DNA of 64,000 nt from Histomonas meleagridis 2922-C6/04-290x. Lineage: Eukaryota; Protista; Parabasalia. Position 1 is the stretch's first letter, and the number at the start of each line of letters is the position of its first letter. The translations under genes and the position numbers were made by a program. The stretch is taken from NCBI GenBank assembly GCA_020184695.1, contig JAANOX010000080.1, positions 62,001 through 126,000 of the forward strand, read 5' to 3'. The notes under the pieces were generated by a model, which saw nothing but the letters and a program-made list of their open reading frames with translations, searched no databases and was not told the origin of the DNA. This document shows, one piece after another, positions 1 through 11,197 of this stretch.

Positions 1-2530
1 GAGCTCTAATTTTCACAATTTTCTTCATAGTTCTTTGTACGTCTGATTTCTCTTCTCGAGCTTTATTTCTTGCGGACATTACTTGTATCTTTTGTTCTAA
101 TAATTTTGGTTGTTGACTTGATGCTTTATTTTGCATTTCTTCCAAAAGTTTGTTTTTATGTTTTAATAACTTCATTAAGTAATTCTTTTCTTGTGAATAT
201 GAACCCATATAAGCGTTTTGTAAATGTTTTTGTTGTCGATCATTTTTCTTTTGGATTTCATTTTTTATATATTTTAATTTATCATATTTCACAATTAATA
301 ACATTAATTTGTTTTTGATTGACATGTCCATTCTAATTAATTGCGCATGTTCAGGATTTGAACCTTCGATAATTCTCCAGCGATGTATATTACGTGGAGC
401 TTCCATTTCATCTTCAAGAGATCGAATGATTCCTTGAGTTTTTAATATTTCTTTTTGTATTCGTACAATTTCATTTTTTAACATTTGGATATAAGGTTTA
501 TTATCGAATAATTTCTTTTGTTGTTCAATTTCATTATAAAATATATTTTCTTTTTCTTTGATTTCAGTAATAATTTTATTATAATGATAAGAATTACGTT
601 CGATAATTGATTTATAATTTAGAATTTTTTCATTTAATAATTGTAATTCTTTATCTTTGGTATCAAATGATTTATTAATTGTTCGATTACTATCTATGAT
701 TGAATTTAAAATGTTTTGTTGCATAGTAATATCAAATTTACTTTCGGATAATAAATAAATTGCTTTTTGTATATGATTTTTAATTTCTGCAACTTTTTGT
801 TCATTTTCTTCTAATTGTATTTTGATTTTTTCGATGTCTTCTTGAAGTTTTTCATTATTTTTAATTAATGTCTTTTGTTGACAATGTATTTCTATACATT
901 GTTGATCTTTAATTCGAATTTCTTCTTTAAGACTATCAAGTTTTGTAACTAATGCTTTGTTATCAAGTTCAATTACATTATTTTCTTTAATAATACTTTG
1001 GTTTTGTCGACATAATATATCTCTTTCATTTTGTATCTTATCATTTAATGTTAATTGATTTGATACATTTTCTTTTAAATTATTTAACTTTAAATTTAAT
1101 TCAATGTTATTACGTTCATTAATTGATGTGTCATTAATTATTTGTAAATATAAATTTTTGTTTGTTATTGTTTGATTTCGATATTTTTCCATTTCTTCAT
1201 TATATTGTGTATATCTTTGTTTTGATTTTTGTATTACTTCTTTCATTGTTTCAATTTCTTTAGTGATAATATTCGATTGTTGTTTAGTAGAATCAACTTC
1301 ATAAGACTTTTGTTGTACTTTAACAGATAAGTCAAGAATTTGATGATTATTTTTATCGAGATTTATATGCGCCATATTTAATTTAAGTTTCGAGTTAATG
1401 TTTTTCGATGATTGTAAAATAATTTCTTGAGTTTTTTCTTTTAATATTTTATTTAATTCATTTTTTTGATTGATTATTTCTTCATGTGATTGTTTTATAT
1501 TATTTAATTCCATTTTATTGTTTTCGATTTCTTTGTCAAGTCTTTTGGATGTTCTTGTGATTTCTTTTAGTTCTTGTTCTCTTTGTTGAATAATTTCATT
1601 CATTTCATTGATTTTGTTTTTTGTTAATTCACTAATTTCAAATTTGTCTTCGAGAATTTTAGTTAACATTTCTTTGGATTGATTCGAATTATTTAAATCT
1701 TCTTTCGCTGATTTAATGTTCCGTTGTTCTTCATAATATTGACTATTAATTTCGGAGTTTGATATCATTTTCTTATTAATTTGTTGATTATTATTTGTGA
1801 TTTCATTATGAGTTTTTGTTGTGATTTCTCGAATATTAACAAAATCATTTGAAGTCGATTTAATTTGATTTTGAATTTCAAACATTAAATTTTGTTTATC
1901 TTTAAATTCATCTTCAAGTTCAACAATTGACTGTTGAAGTTTATTATTTTGTTCTTTTTGTTTTTGTGTATTTGTTAAAATTTCTTCTGTCCTAGATAAC
2001 AAATAAGTAATTGTTAATGCATTCGAATGAATTTCTTTTTTAATTGTTTCGTTTTGTACTCGTAACTCTTCAAGTGAATTCTTAAATAACAATTCGTTGT
2101 TTTTCGTTGTTTCAATGTTTTTTGACAATGATTTAATTTCTGATTTCAAATCTTCAATTGTTTCTTTCCCTTTCTCTTCTCTCTCCGCTGATATTTCCAC
2201 TGTTCGCCATGCCTTCTCAAACTCTTGCCGAAGCGCTGCAATAGTTTTTTGGTCATCTTGACTTATCTTTAAAGCGTTTGATATATTATTTGAATTTGCT
2301 AAAACTTGGTCATTAAGTTGTTTGCATTTCGTTATCAGTTCTTTATTTTTTTCATGTGAATCAGTGAGAAGTTGAAATAATTCTTGGAATTTTTCACGGA
2401 ATTTTTCTAATGATTTATCACTCATTAATTCTTCCATTGCTAAATGGAATTGTCGTTCAAGTTTGTCATATTCATTATATTCATTTTCTATGTCTTCTAT
2501 TTTATTTAAAGATTTCTCATCGTCATCCAT
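1..2530 (-). CDS. CFAP58: CFAP58/CCDC147-like flagellar coiled-coil protein, 3'-partial (runs off window start; absent from ORF track)
   Basis: ATG at 2530. Translation MDDDEKSLNKIEDIENEYNEYDKLERQFHLAMEELMSDKSLEKFREKFQELFQLLTDSHEKNKELITKCKQLNDQVLANSNNISNALKISQDDQKTIAALRQEFEKAWRTV matches the CFAP58 N-terminus (DKSLEKFR...SHE...SQDDQ.TIA.L..E.EKAW). The same frame is open at the window start; the middle was not checked codon by codon. Confidence 0.8.
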   Translation of the reverse strand, partial: MDDDEKSLNKIEDIENEYNEYDKLERQFHLAMEELMSDKSLEKFREKFQELFQLLTDSHEKNKELITKCKQLNDQVLANSNNISNALKISQDDQKTIAALRQEFEKAWRTVEISAEREEKGKETIEDLKSEIKSLSKNIETTKNNELLFKNSLEELRVQNETIKKEIHSNALTITYLLSRTEEILTNTQKQKEQNNKLQQSIVELEDEFKDKQNLMFEIQNQIKSTSNDFVNIREITTKTHNEITNNNQQINKKMISNSEINSQYYEEQRNIKSAKEDLNNSNQSKEMLTKILEDKFEISELTKNKINEMNEIIQQREQELKEITRTSKRLDKEIENNKMELNNIKQSHEEIINQKNELNKILKEKTQEIILQSSKNINSKLKLNMAHINLDKNNHQILDLSVKVQQKSYEVDSTKQQSNIITKEIETMKEVIQKSKQRYTQYNEEMEKYRNQTITNKNLYLQIINDTSINERNNIELNLKLNNLKENVSNQLTLNDKIQNERDILCRQNQSIIKENNVIELDNKALVTKLDSLKEEIRIKDQQCIEIHCQQKTLIKNNEKLQEDIEKIKIQLEENEQKVAEIKNHIQKAIYLLSESKFDITMQQNILNSIIDSNRTINKSFDTKDKELQLLNEKILNYKSIIERNSYHYNKIITEIKEKENIFYNEIEQQKKLFDNKPYIQMLKNEIVRIQKEILKTQGIIRSLEDEMEAPRNIHRWRIIEGSNPEHAQLIRMDMSIKNKLMLLIVKYDKLKYIKNEIQKKNDRQQKHLQNAYMGSYSQEKNYLMKLLKHKNKLLEEMQNKASSQQPKLLEQKIQVMSARNKAREEKSDVQRTMKKIVKIRA

Positions 2531-2543
2531 TTATAAGTTAACG

Positions 2544-2662
2544 GATATCATGTAAAGTATTTATATCCCTCAATGATATCATGTAAAGTATTCATATCCC
2601 TCAATGATATCATGTAAAGTATTCATATTCCCTAATGATATCATGTAAAGTATTCATATTCC
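2544..2662 (+). repeat. 31-bp tandem repeat x~3.8 (GATATCATGTAAAGTATTCATATCCCTCAAT)
   Basis: GATATC recurs at 2544, 2575, 2606 and 2637. The last copy carries the stop codon and final codons (EYEYFT*) of the 2641-3828 gene. Confidence 0.95.
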
Positions 2663-3828
2663 TTCTGAAGGAGAAATGGAATTAAGGCGAAAGGAATATG
2701 CGAATTCGAAGTGATACATCTCCATTTGATGAACTCTGTTTGAAATGGCAATGGTTCAAATATTGAAATTATTATTATGACTTTAAATTTCTTTAAGTTT
2801 TGAGTGATTAGATTTAATATGTTATCATTTTGTGTAATGTATAATATAAAAACCATTTCATTGTTTAGTTGCATTAGAATCGGAGTTTCTAATTCTTCTG
2901 TTTTGATTTTGATTATATTAAATAATGACGAAAATGAATTAATGTCATTTTCATCAAAATAATTTTTATTTATTATTAAATAAATCGGTAAATTCGGTAC
3001 ATTAAATAAGTTATCATTAATTATTGTTTCATTATGTTTTGGTATTTCAATGTTTTCTTGTAAATTCGTTCTACTAACTATTGGCGAATATATTTCTTCT
3101 GCTTCATATAAATTCATTGGAATTTCGATTTCTTTACACAAATTATTTTCATTATTTTGTTCATAAATATGTTCATCTTCTTCAATTTTGTTTAATATGT
3201 TTTCTAATTCAGCATTAATGTCATAAATTGGCTTAAGATCAAATTTAACGATTGGTATCATAAGCGTTTGTAGAAACGTATCATTTTCTCTCTTTTTGGT
3301 TATCATTAGTAATGGTTCATAATGCTGAATATTAATTATTGATTTTGATACATATAATGGAATTAGATTTTCAGTAATAAATTCTCTTTCAAATGTTTCT
3401 TCATATTTATCAAAGTTTGGTTGAATCAATATGTTGTTTCTAAATGTAAATTGATTTCGTTGTTCAAACAAAGGAATTTCAATCATTTCTAATTCATGAC
3501 TTGTTTCTTCTTTACTTCCATTATGTTGTTTAAAATATTTTTCTTCTTTTATATCAAATAAATAAGGTAACTGCTTTATTGGTTTTAATTGATCATTATA
3601 ATTCGGAAAAATTTCTTTTTCTAGCTCTTCAAATATAATTGGATTATTATGTGAATCATTTAAAATTGGTTTAAATATTTCTTTATGCGAATGAATATTT
3701 GGAAAATCTATTTGAATATTTTGCATACATTCATCTTCATCATCAATAAGATAACAATAACTTTCTGATATTTCTTTTATCATTGCATATAGCTCATGTT
3801 TAGGTGGAACTGGAATACAAAATCGCAT
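2641..3828 (-). CDS. Hypothetical protein, 395 aa
   Basis: Long ORF in a gene-dense context; no recognisable domain. Confidence 0.65.
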   Translation of the reverse strand: MRFCIPVPPKHELYAMIKEISESYCYLIDDEDECMQNIQIDFPNIHSHKEIFKPILNDSHNNPIIFEELEKEIFPNYNDQLKPIKQLPYLFDIKEEKYFKQHNGSKEETSHELEMIEIPLFEQRNQFTFRNNILIQPNFDKYEETFEREFITENLIPLYVSKSIINIQHYEPLLMITKKRENDTFLQTLMIPIVKFDLKPIYDINAELENILNKIEEDEHIYEQNNENNLCKEIEIPMNLYEAEEIYSPIVSRTNLQENIEIPKHNETIINDNLFNVPNLPIYLIINKNYFDENDINSFSSLFNIIKIKTEELETPILMQLNNEMVFILYITQNDNILNLITQNLKKFKVIIIISIFEPLPFQTEFIKWRCITSNSHIPFALIPFLLQKEYEYFT

Positions 3829-3869
3829 TGATTAATTATCACATCAAAAAAAAACATCAAAATTTCTAT

Positions 3870-5678
3870 TTAATTTTTTTTATTGAAAATAAACGGTTTC
3901 ATATGTTCTCTTTGGAATTTCTTCTGACAAAAAGGGCATTTTCGATCTTGTAAATAAAATTTATTTAAACATTGGCCACAAGCTACATGACCACAAGTAA
4001 TTAATATTGTATTTCTAGCGTTTTCTCCACAAAAAGGACACATTACAAGTTTCAAATATGGAGCTGTGGGGGATTCATAACCAAGCATATCATTTTTTGT
4101 GTCTTTTCTTTTTTCTATTCTTTTCTTTAGTTTAATAATTTCTAATTTTTCTTTTTCTTTATCAAGTTTAATTTCATTTTTAGTTATTTTATTATCAATA
4201 TATTTAATTGAGTCTTTAATTCTTTCAATTTCAACATCATAATCTATAGCATTACTTTCTTCTGCATTCCGAATGATTTTTTCTTCTAATTGATCTTGTA
4301 ACTTTTTTTCTTCTATCAATTTTCTTGTAAAGCTCTCAATTCGATGGACTGACTTTTGAATTGCATCGGCGTTTACACCACTTTTTGACTGAATGTAATT
4401 TATTCTTTTAATATATTTATTAATTTGTTCTATTTCACGTTGAGTTCTTCTTTCAAAATCTTTGTTTTTCACATTTTGTGAAATTAATTCAGACATTTGT
4501 CGATATAAGTTATAAATATCTTTAAATATTTTTTTAATTGTGTTAATTTTATTAATCGAATCTGAATACAAACGAATAATTCGATTGATGTAACCGATTC
4601 CTTCATTTAGTTCAGGATCTTTTTGGCAAATTAATTTTAAATAATCAACTCCACTTGGAATATCAATGTTTGCTTTAATATTAAATTGTTCAATAGAAAA
4701 TTTATTTGTTAATTCATTGAATAATTTCTCTTCTGTTTTTAATTCTTCTTCTTTTATTTTAATGTTTTTATTCATTCGATCAATTGTTGTACGCATTTCT
4801 TGGATTTGCGTGCTTAGCTTGCTTGCAAAAACTTGAAGCTTTGAATCAAATCTTGAAAATGCTTTCTCGAGAGCATTTGATATAATTGTTTCTTTTTGGA
4901 TGAGTTCAAATAGCACTTTTATTATTTGGCTTTGATGTTGTAGATCGGTGTAAAATGGGGATTCTAACTTTCTTTTAGGAGAAATGTTATGACTATTGGC
5001 TTCAATATTACAAAGGTTTTGAATTGTGGTGATTTCTTCTTGAAGTCTTTTGATTGTACTGAGGCGACATGAAAGTTTACCAACAGCTTCACAATAATCG
5101 TTGAGACTAACGTTGGTGGAAGAGATTCTGGTATGATTAAGAATCCATTCAGATAATAGAAGAGATGAATAAGGAATGGAAATTGGAATATGTGGAAATT
5201 TATTTTTTAATTTAATTACATTATTGGTAGGAATAAAAGGTAAACCACTTATTTCGAAGTGGATTTGTGGGTATGTGTAAATGGATTGTTCGATAAAGTA
5301 ATAAAATAATTCATGAGCTATTTGCTCTAATAATCTAAAATATGATAATGCACTTGATGGCTTGGAAAGATCAAAATTTGTTGAGTAAAAAAACATTTCA
5401 ATTAAGTTTGTTGTTTCTTTTGATTTTCTATAATTCGAATCAATGTAACACCTAGAAATTGCTAGATCAAATGTTAATGTTTCCATCAGCGAAATGTAGG
5501 AAAGAATATATTTCCAATAATCATTCCTTTTTTGATAATTGGATTGGATTAAAAATTTATATTTTTTTATTTGGGCTTTGGCAAAATAAATATCAGCATC
5601 AAGATTAGAAAACATGCGTGTTGTTTCTTTTTTAAGTGGATATATATTTGGATTATTTGGGAGGTCTTCTTGGCTCAT
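3870..5678 (-). CDS. Coiled-coil protein with C-terminal C3HC4 RING (BRE1-like E3 ligase)
   Basis: C-terminal CPFC...TCGHVACGQC...CPFC RING after a long coiled coil, the BRE1-type architecture. Confidence 0.7.
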   Translation of the reverse strand: MSQEDLPNNPNIYPLKKETTRMFSNLDADIYFAKAQIKKYKFLIQSNYQKRNDYWKYILSYISLMETLTFDLAISRCYIDSNYRKSKETTNLIEMFFYSTNFDLSKPSSALSYFRLLEQIAHELFYYFIEQSIYTYPQIHFEISGLPFIPTNNVIKLKNKFPHIPISIPYSSLLLSEWILNHTRISSTNVSLNDYCEAVGKLSCRLSTIKRLQEEITTIQNLCNIEANSHNISPKRKLESPFYTDLQHQSQIIKVLFELIQKETIISNALEKAFSRFDSKLQVFASKLSTQIQEMRTTIDRMNKNIKIKEEELKTEEKLFNELTNKFSIEQFNIKANIDIPSGVDYLKLICQKDPELNEGIGYINRIIRLYSDSINKINTIKKIFKDIYNLYRQMSELISQNVKNKDFERRTQREIEQINKYIKRINYIQSKSGVNADAIQKSVHRIESFTRKLIEEKKLQDQLEEKIIRNAEESNAIDYDVEIERIKDSIKYIDNKITKNEIKLDKEKEKLEIIKLKKRIEKRKDTKNDMLGYESPTAPYLKLVMCPFCGENARNTILITCGHVACGQCLNKFYLQDRKCPFCQKKFQREHMKPFIFNKKN

Positions 5679-5989
5679 TTTACCCGCCCATATGAGAACG
5701 TTAATATAATCTTTGTGGTAAGTTACATTATGAATAATTACATTAAAACACTATTTTACCTAATTGCTAGAGGTGGGCAATAGATTTTTTGAAGAAAAAA
5801 ATCAAAATAATAAATATTCAGTATGATAAATTTGAATAATGATCTTTTTTAAAAATTAGAAAACATTAGCAATATAAGAAACATAAGCTAGTGTTTACGT
5901 ATACGATATCAAAATAAAAGAAAATATTGTATTCATTTTTTTTTTGTATTTCATGGTTTTTTCCAAGCTGAATCCAAAAAGTGGTATAA

Positions 5990-8902
5990 ATGATCAAAAA
6001 CAAATTTGAATTTGCAATTCAAGATGATTCAGAAGCATTACCATATAATTTTACATATACTTGTTTACTGTGGATAGGCAGCGGAGGAATTTTTTCAAAA
6101 TTTGAATTTCAAGATATAATCTCATGTGGTACACAAGAAGGGCCTATTGTTCTTATAGGAGAAACAAAAGATAAAAAACTTTCGCCAGTATCTTTAATAT
6201 GTGCCCATACATTTCCAATAACACATCAAAATCTTTCTATAAATCCCGATTATTTTCTCTCTATTTCATATGATGGAACTGTATGCAAGCATTCAAGGCT
6301 CGATGGTAATTGCTCTTACAAACACCAATTTCAAATTCCTTATGGAGAACATCGTATTTCATTATATAATTCAAATGAAGATTATTTTTGGATTTGGACC
6401 ATTGGACTTGGTGTACGTCTTATTGACTTAAAAGGTAGTAATGTTATTTATTCTGTTCTATGTCCTGGTTTAAATTCATTTTTATATCTTTCTCCATCTT
6501 CATCATCATTTGTCAAAGAAGAAACAGCAGCTATGGTTACTAACACTCACATTTATACTTACAAACAAGATTCAAACAAAAAATTAGCATTTATTAATAA
6601 GCAATCATTTACTGAAGATCATAATCAAATAGTTGGATGCAAAAATGGTATTGTTTCATTTAATAAACATTCTTGGTTCATTCATAAACCAGAAGATCTT
6701 TCTATTCTTTACAGTGGAACATTTGATGATATGGATCAAGAAGATGAAATCAGATTTGTTGAATGGTCTTCCAGACAACTCTTATGTTTTTCAAGTTTAA
6801 AAGGTGATTTTTATGTAATTCAACTTCAAAGAAAGCAACCTTTAGATAATGATTTTACAACAATAATCCAATCTTCACTTAAAACTGGTATCGACAATGT
6901 CTTTGCAGTTTGTGCATTTAAAGGCCCACTTAAAGTTGCTATTTCTCCTGATTTAAAGACGATTGTTTCTTCTTCTCATGAGGGCACGTTTATTTTGAAA
7001 CCCAAATCAACGATAGAAAAGTGCTTCTGGGTACCAAACCAAGACACCGAGACCGTTTATAAAAGTGACGGCACAAACGTTCACCTATGGGACCTTGTTA
7101 ATCAAACAATAATTAAATCAATTCATTTTGATAAAAAGATCACTTCTATATATTCTAATTCATTTCTTATCCTTGGGCATGAAGATGGATCAATCACTTA
7201 TTTTGGTTCAAATTTTGAAGTCCCATTTAACAAGACTGCTGTCTCATCTCCAATTATAAGTTTTGTAAAAATTCCTTCAAAACATGAAGAATTTATTGCA
7301 ATTTCTAAAGACGGATCGTTCTGTGTTGTTAAAGATAATGATAGCCATAAAACGCACGGAAGCATTGGCTTTCCGATCACTTCGATTCATTATTTACAAT
7401 CACTTAAAATTATAATTATCGGATATTCGAATGGAATATATTTAACATATTCTTTTGAGAATCCAAATCCATTACAAACGATTTCATCTATTCCAAAAGA
7501 TGCAATCGAACTATCGAATTCTCAATCACTTGATTCGATAATATCGACAATTAATGTATCATATCAAAGTTTTTCTTTCTATTTCCAAGTCGCAAAAGTT
7601 GCAGAACTATATACAAACATTACATCTAATCCGCAAAACTCAGAACAACTTATTGAAATCGCAAATCGTTTATACAATTTAATTGTTAACTCTTCAAAGT
7701 CTCAGAAATCACTTGCAATCATTGGCGATGATAATGTTCCGACGTTTTTCTATCCTCCTTATAAAATATCGTTTAAATATTTCCTTGACGTCTCTCCACA
7801 TGTTGGCACGCAGCATCTTTTTGCGTTCCAACTCCTGTCCGAAATTCTCGAAAACGACTTTTCTCTCAAAAGTAAATACATCACATCAAAAATCATTGAA
7901 TTCTTCCCAATCATCACAAAAATGGCGTTCGATAAGTGCGGTTTCATTCAAAAAACCGCCTCCGCTATGTGTGTGGATTTCTGTTGTTTGATACCGTTCC
8001 AAAAGTGCCAAGAATTTGTATCTCCTTATTTACATCTTGATAACATTAGTGACTTAGCTGCACATGAAAAGTTACTTCTTGCTATGTTAGCTTCGCATGC
8101 TTATAATGCGATTCCTTCTGGATATTTCGCTGAAATTTATCATTTTGTATTAAAATTAAGTAAAGAAATATCAGAGGCTGGAATTCTCGCAACTTGTATA
8201 TTAATTGACGGAGTCGCCGTTTGGAGAGGTGTCGTAGAATTGGAGAAAAAGCATATAAATAACCTCTATACAACAATGGTGTTAAGGGCTTTGCTCCATA
8301 AAATGTCAAAACGGATCAACGATAAGCTATCGGCCATTATTTGTTCGGACGTGGAGCAGTTTGTCTCAATTATTCCGAACCTCATTGATTTTGTGTTCAA
8401 AAAGGAAAAATCAATGGGGGACGTTAGCGCGATATTTGATTTATATACTTCTGTTGCCATCAAAAATAAAAAAGTTGGAGGAGGGAGTGTAACACTTGCA
8501 TTCGCAAAGTTATATGTAACATATCCATTTCTATCCGAATTAATCACAAAACATATTAAAATTCATTTGGAAAGCTTCGACTTCGTAAGAAGTAAAGAAG
8601 AATTCCTAATAATAGGAACAAACGATGGGAAAATACATGTGTTTAGAAATTATAAGTTATTGTTCTCCGAAAAAATATTTCACGGATCAATTACTTTCAT
8701 ATCAATTAGCCCATCAACAAAATGTGCCGTTGTAATTTCAGAAGAAGATGAATTGTCAAAGACGATAGAATTGAAAAAGTCATCACTTTTGAACCGGACG
8801 AACGTTAGTAGCACGATGCCAGTTTTGTCACCACCTCCAAATACTCATTATACAGTAGAATGGACAAAATCAACAATAATGGTCGGATTTGCACCATTTT
8901 AA
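5990..8902 (+). CDS. WD40/HEAT protein, WDR7/WDR72 (Rabconnectin-3 beta)-like
   Basis: N-terminal CGTQEGPIVL...LICAHTFPIT...FLSISYDGTVC...DGNC resembles the WDR7 N-terminal propeller; helical middle; C-terminal WD repeats. Confidence 0.6.
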   Translation: MIKNKFEFAIQDDSEALPYNFTYTCLLWIGSGGIFSKFEFQDIISCGTQEGPIVLIGETKDKKLSPVSLICAHTFPITHQNLSINPDYFLSISYDGTVCKHSRLDGNCSYKHQFQIPYGEHRISLYNSNEDYFWIWTIGLGVRLIDLKGSNVIYSVLCPGLNSFLYLSPSSSSFVKEETAAMVTNTHIYTYKQDSNKKLAFINKQSFTEDHNQIVGCKNGIVSFNKHSWFIHKPEDLSILYSGTFDDMDQEDEIRFVEWSSRQLLCFSSLKGDFYVIQLQRKQPLDNDFTTIIQSSLKTGIDNVFAVCAFKGPLKVAISPDLKTIVSSSHEGTFILKPKSTIEKCFWVPNQDTETVYKSDGTNVHLWDLVNQTIIKSIHFDKKITSIYSNSFLILGHEDGSITYFGSNFEVPFNKTAVSSPIISFVKIPSKHEEFIAISKDGSFCVVKDNDSHKTHGSIGFPITSIHYLQSLKIIIIGYSNGIYLTYSFENPNPLQTISSIPKDAIELSNSQSLDSIISTINVSYQSFSFYFQVAKVAELYTNITSNPQNSEQLIEIANRLYNLIVNSSKSQKSLAIIGDDNVPTFFYPPYKISFKYFLDVSPHVGTQHLFAFQLLSEILENDFSLKSKYITSKIIEFFPIITKMAFDKCGFIQKTASAMCVDFCCLIPFQKCQEFVSPYLHLDNISDLAAHEKLLLAMLASHAYNAIPSGYFAEIYHFVLKLSKEISEAGILATCILIDGVAVWRGVVELEKKHINNLYTTMVLRALLHKMSKRINDKLSAIICSDVEQFVSIIPNLIDFVFKKEKSMGDVSAIFDLYTSVAIKNKKVGGGSVTLAFAKLYVTYPFLSELITKHIKIHLESFDFVRSKEEFLIIGTNDGKIHVFRNYKLLFSEKIFHGSITFISISPSTKCAVVISEEDELSKTIELKKSSLLNRTNVSSTMPVLSPPPNTHYTVEWTKSTIMVGFAPF

Positions 8903-8933
8903 AAACAATAATATTTTTTATTTAGAAATTCGA

Positions 8934-9311
8934 TTATTGAATTGGGATTGGTGGATACCCATATCTAGCTCGATACATTTTCACATACTCTTGTTGGTCA
9001 GGTGGGAGGGTATAAAACTCACCAAGAGTCATTGTTAAATAACGTTGATATTGATTTGGATCTGGAAAAGCAGGCTCGCTTGGAAGTTGGGTATAACTTG
9101 TACAAGCAATACCAAGTTCCATTTGAGCTTGATAGAGAGCCATAGCAAACTTTGGATTTTCAATTAAAACCTGCAATATCCTTTCTGGATATTGATCAAC
9201 AGCTTCTTTAATTCTGAAAAGTACACCATATATTTCTTCCCAATCATGCGATAGAAGCTCGTTGGTGATTGGGTCTAGTTCATCATCATTAGCTTCATTT
9301 GTATGTTCCAT
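8934..9311 (-). CDS. CstF-64/Rna15-like protein with hinge and C-terminal domain only (no RRM)
   Basis: LFRIKEAVDQYPERILQVLIENPKFAMALYQAQ resembles the CSTF2 hinge; YLTMTLGEFYTLPPDQQ resembles CSTF_C. Confidence 0.65.
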   Translation of the reverse strand: MEHTNEANDDELDPITNELLSHDWEEIYGVLFRIKEAVDQYPERILQVLIENPKFAMALYQAQMELGIACTSYTQLPSEPAFPDPNQYQRYLTMTLGEFYTLPPDQQEYVKMYRARYGYPPIPIQ

Positions 9312-10372
9312 AAAAATGACCGTTTAGTCCTTCTGTTTTTGAAAAAGCGGCTATGAACGATAGAACGCATTCCTTGAATAAACGTCTTTCGGAAATCAAA
9401 CTCAAACTCATTTCTTCAAATGAATGTACAGGTTGCTCTTTAAAAATTGGTTGTAATTAGCTCCAATTACAACTGTTAAGTTTAATGAATTTTTTTTTTA
9501 TTGTTGAATTATCTTTCATAATTTGATTAACAATGATTTTTTTAAAATACTTTACTTGGTTATAAACAAATTTCTTCTTCGAGAATAAGATCTTTCTCAG
9601 TTATCATTGTAATATTTCATGATTTTATAATTGAATTGTAGATTTTGATTTATTCTTTTTTCCTCTATCATAAATAGAAGCAGACTATATAGGGTATTGT
9701 TTGTTGTAACCTATGTACAATGAGATATTTTTCATTAATTATACACAACCAGAAGAACACCCCCTGGTCGACGATGATAGAAAACGGCTTCCATATAACT
9801 TTTTGAGAATTATTGGCAAAAATACAAAGAGAAATTTTTAAACTTTTTGAAATGAATTCATGTGAAATGTTATTCGGCTGTTGGATTCGTTTGGCCATTT
9901 AGAAAAATTTTTCTGAGATTTTTGAATGGGAGAGTCGTAAAGCGATCATATTTCATACAAAATGTCAGATAATCCACAGAATAAATGTAGAAAAAAAAAT
10001 CCAAATATTTTTTGAACATTTTATTTTATTATAATTTTTCTAAATGAACTTAATCACTAAAATAAACAAATAAAATATTTAAACAACAAAATTTCGAAAA
10101 AACCTAATGCATGAATAACTTTACAAAGGTTACCTTGTTTTCAATTCTGTCCTTCTTTAACCGTCAACTCTTTTTTTTTTGGCTGAATTCAATTGTTTAT
10201 TTATTAAAAACCGCCTATTTTTGTGGCATTTCAATTTGAGGTGGGATGAATCAAGGATTTTGACTCAGCTATCGTTTCGTTTTCAATTAGTATATTCATT
10301 TTGGTCACTGACGATACTTTTATCAATTTTTGTGAGGATGTAAAAAATTTCTGACGTCAGGGAAGTAGAGAG

Positions 10373-11197
10373 ATGACCGAGCACGAAGTTGCTTTCTTTT
10401 CATCTAGAAAGAAAAAGAATCATCAAGCCGAGCCTAGGCTTCTCCCATTCGGTGTACCAAGACCTCAAGACTCAAGTCAACCTTTTAATTCATTAATGGA
10501 CGAAGAAGATGAAGAAGTGATCAGAATTATTCGATCAGGTTCCTTTGACTCCATGAACCAACCTGTTGACAGCCAAAGTTGTAATGATGTTTGGGCTTCA
10601 ATTGCTTCTTTTGGCCCAAGATGTAATCGTTGTGGAAATCCTTGTGGAGATGATGTCGTATACCATGGATCTTTGGCATTTCATCGAAGGCATTTCACAT
10701 GCAAACAATGTGGCGTACCGATTCAGATTCCCACATGCATTAATGGCGAGATATATTGCAAAGAATGTGCCAAAAATATCAAACCTCTCTCACACAGATG
10801 CTTCGTTTGTAACGCACCAAGGAATCCTTTGTCCATTGTTGCTGCTGGAAAATGTTTTTGTCCAAATCATTTTCTATGTGCATTATGCGGGTGTAAACTT
10901 AACCAAAACACATACATTCAGAGAGGTGGTCAATTTTACTGTCGAGAACACGCTCCAATTGCACCACAATTTCCAATTTGTGACAAATGCCATAAAGAAA
11001 TAAGAGAAAAAAGAGTAATCAATGCCTTTAGGAAAAACTTTCATCCTGCTTGCTTCTCTTGTTCGATGTGCAACCAAAACCTTGCCGACCAAAAATACAT
11101 ATCGGGATATCATGAAAAACCTATATGTGTTCATTGCTTCAAATCGCTTCCAAAGGAAGAACAAGCCTTAGTCGCAAATAACTTCAGAGCTGTGTAA
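10373..11197 (+). CDS. LIM-domain (paxillin-like) protein, 3 LIM domains
   Basis: Repeated CxxC...HxxxFxCxxC...CxxC/H zinc-binding motifs. Confidence 0.9.
   Translation: MTEHEVAFFSSRKKKNHQAEPRLLPFGVPRPQDSSQPFNSLMDEEDEEVIRIIRSGSFDSMNQPVDSQSCNDVWASIASFGPRCNRCGNPCGDDVVYHGSLAFHRRHFTCKQCGVPIQIPTCINGEIYCKECAKNIKPLSHRCFVCNAPRNPLSIVAAGKCFCPNHFLCALCGCKLNQNTYIQRGGQFYCREHAPIAPQFPICDKCHKEIREKRVINAFRKNFHPACFSCSMCNQNLADQKYISGYHEKPICVHCFKSLPKEEQALVANNFRAV

Noticed and set aside
70-318. 82-aa plus-strand ORF
   Set aside because: Antisense shadow of the CFAP58-like coiled-coil gene.
9668-9898. 76-aa ORF with GVFFWLC..INEK.L, faintly like parabasalid winged-helix factors
   Set aside because: Too short and degenerate to assign; possibly a pseudogene fragment.
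10351-10360. CTGACGTCAG (CRE-like palindrome) upstream of the LIM gene
   Set aside because: Single short occurrence with no evidence of function in this lineage.
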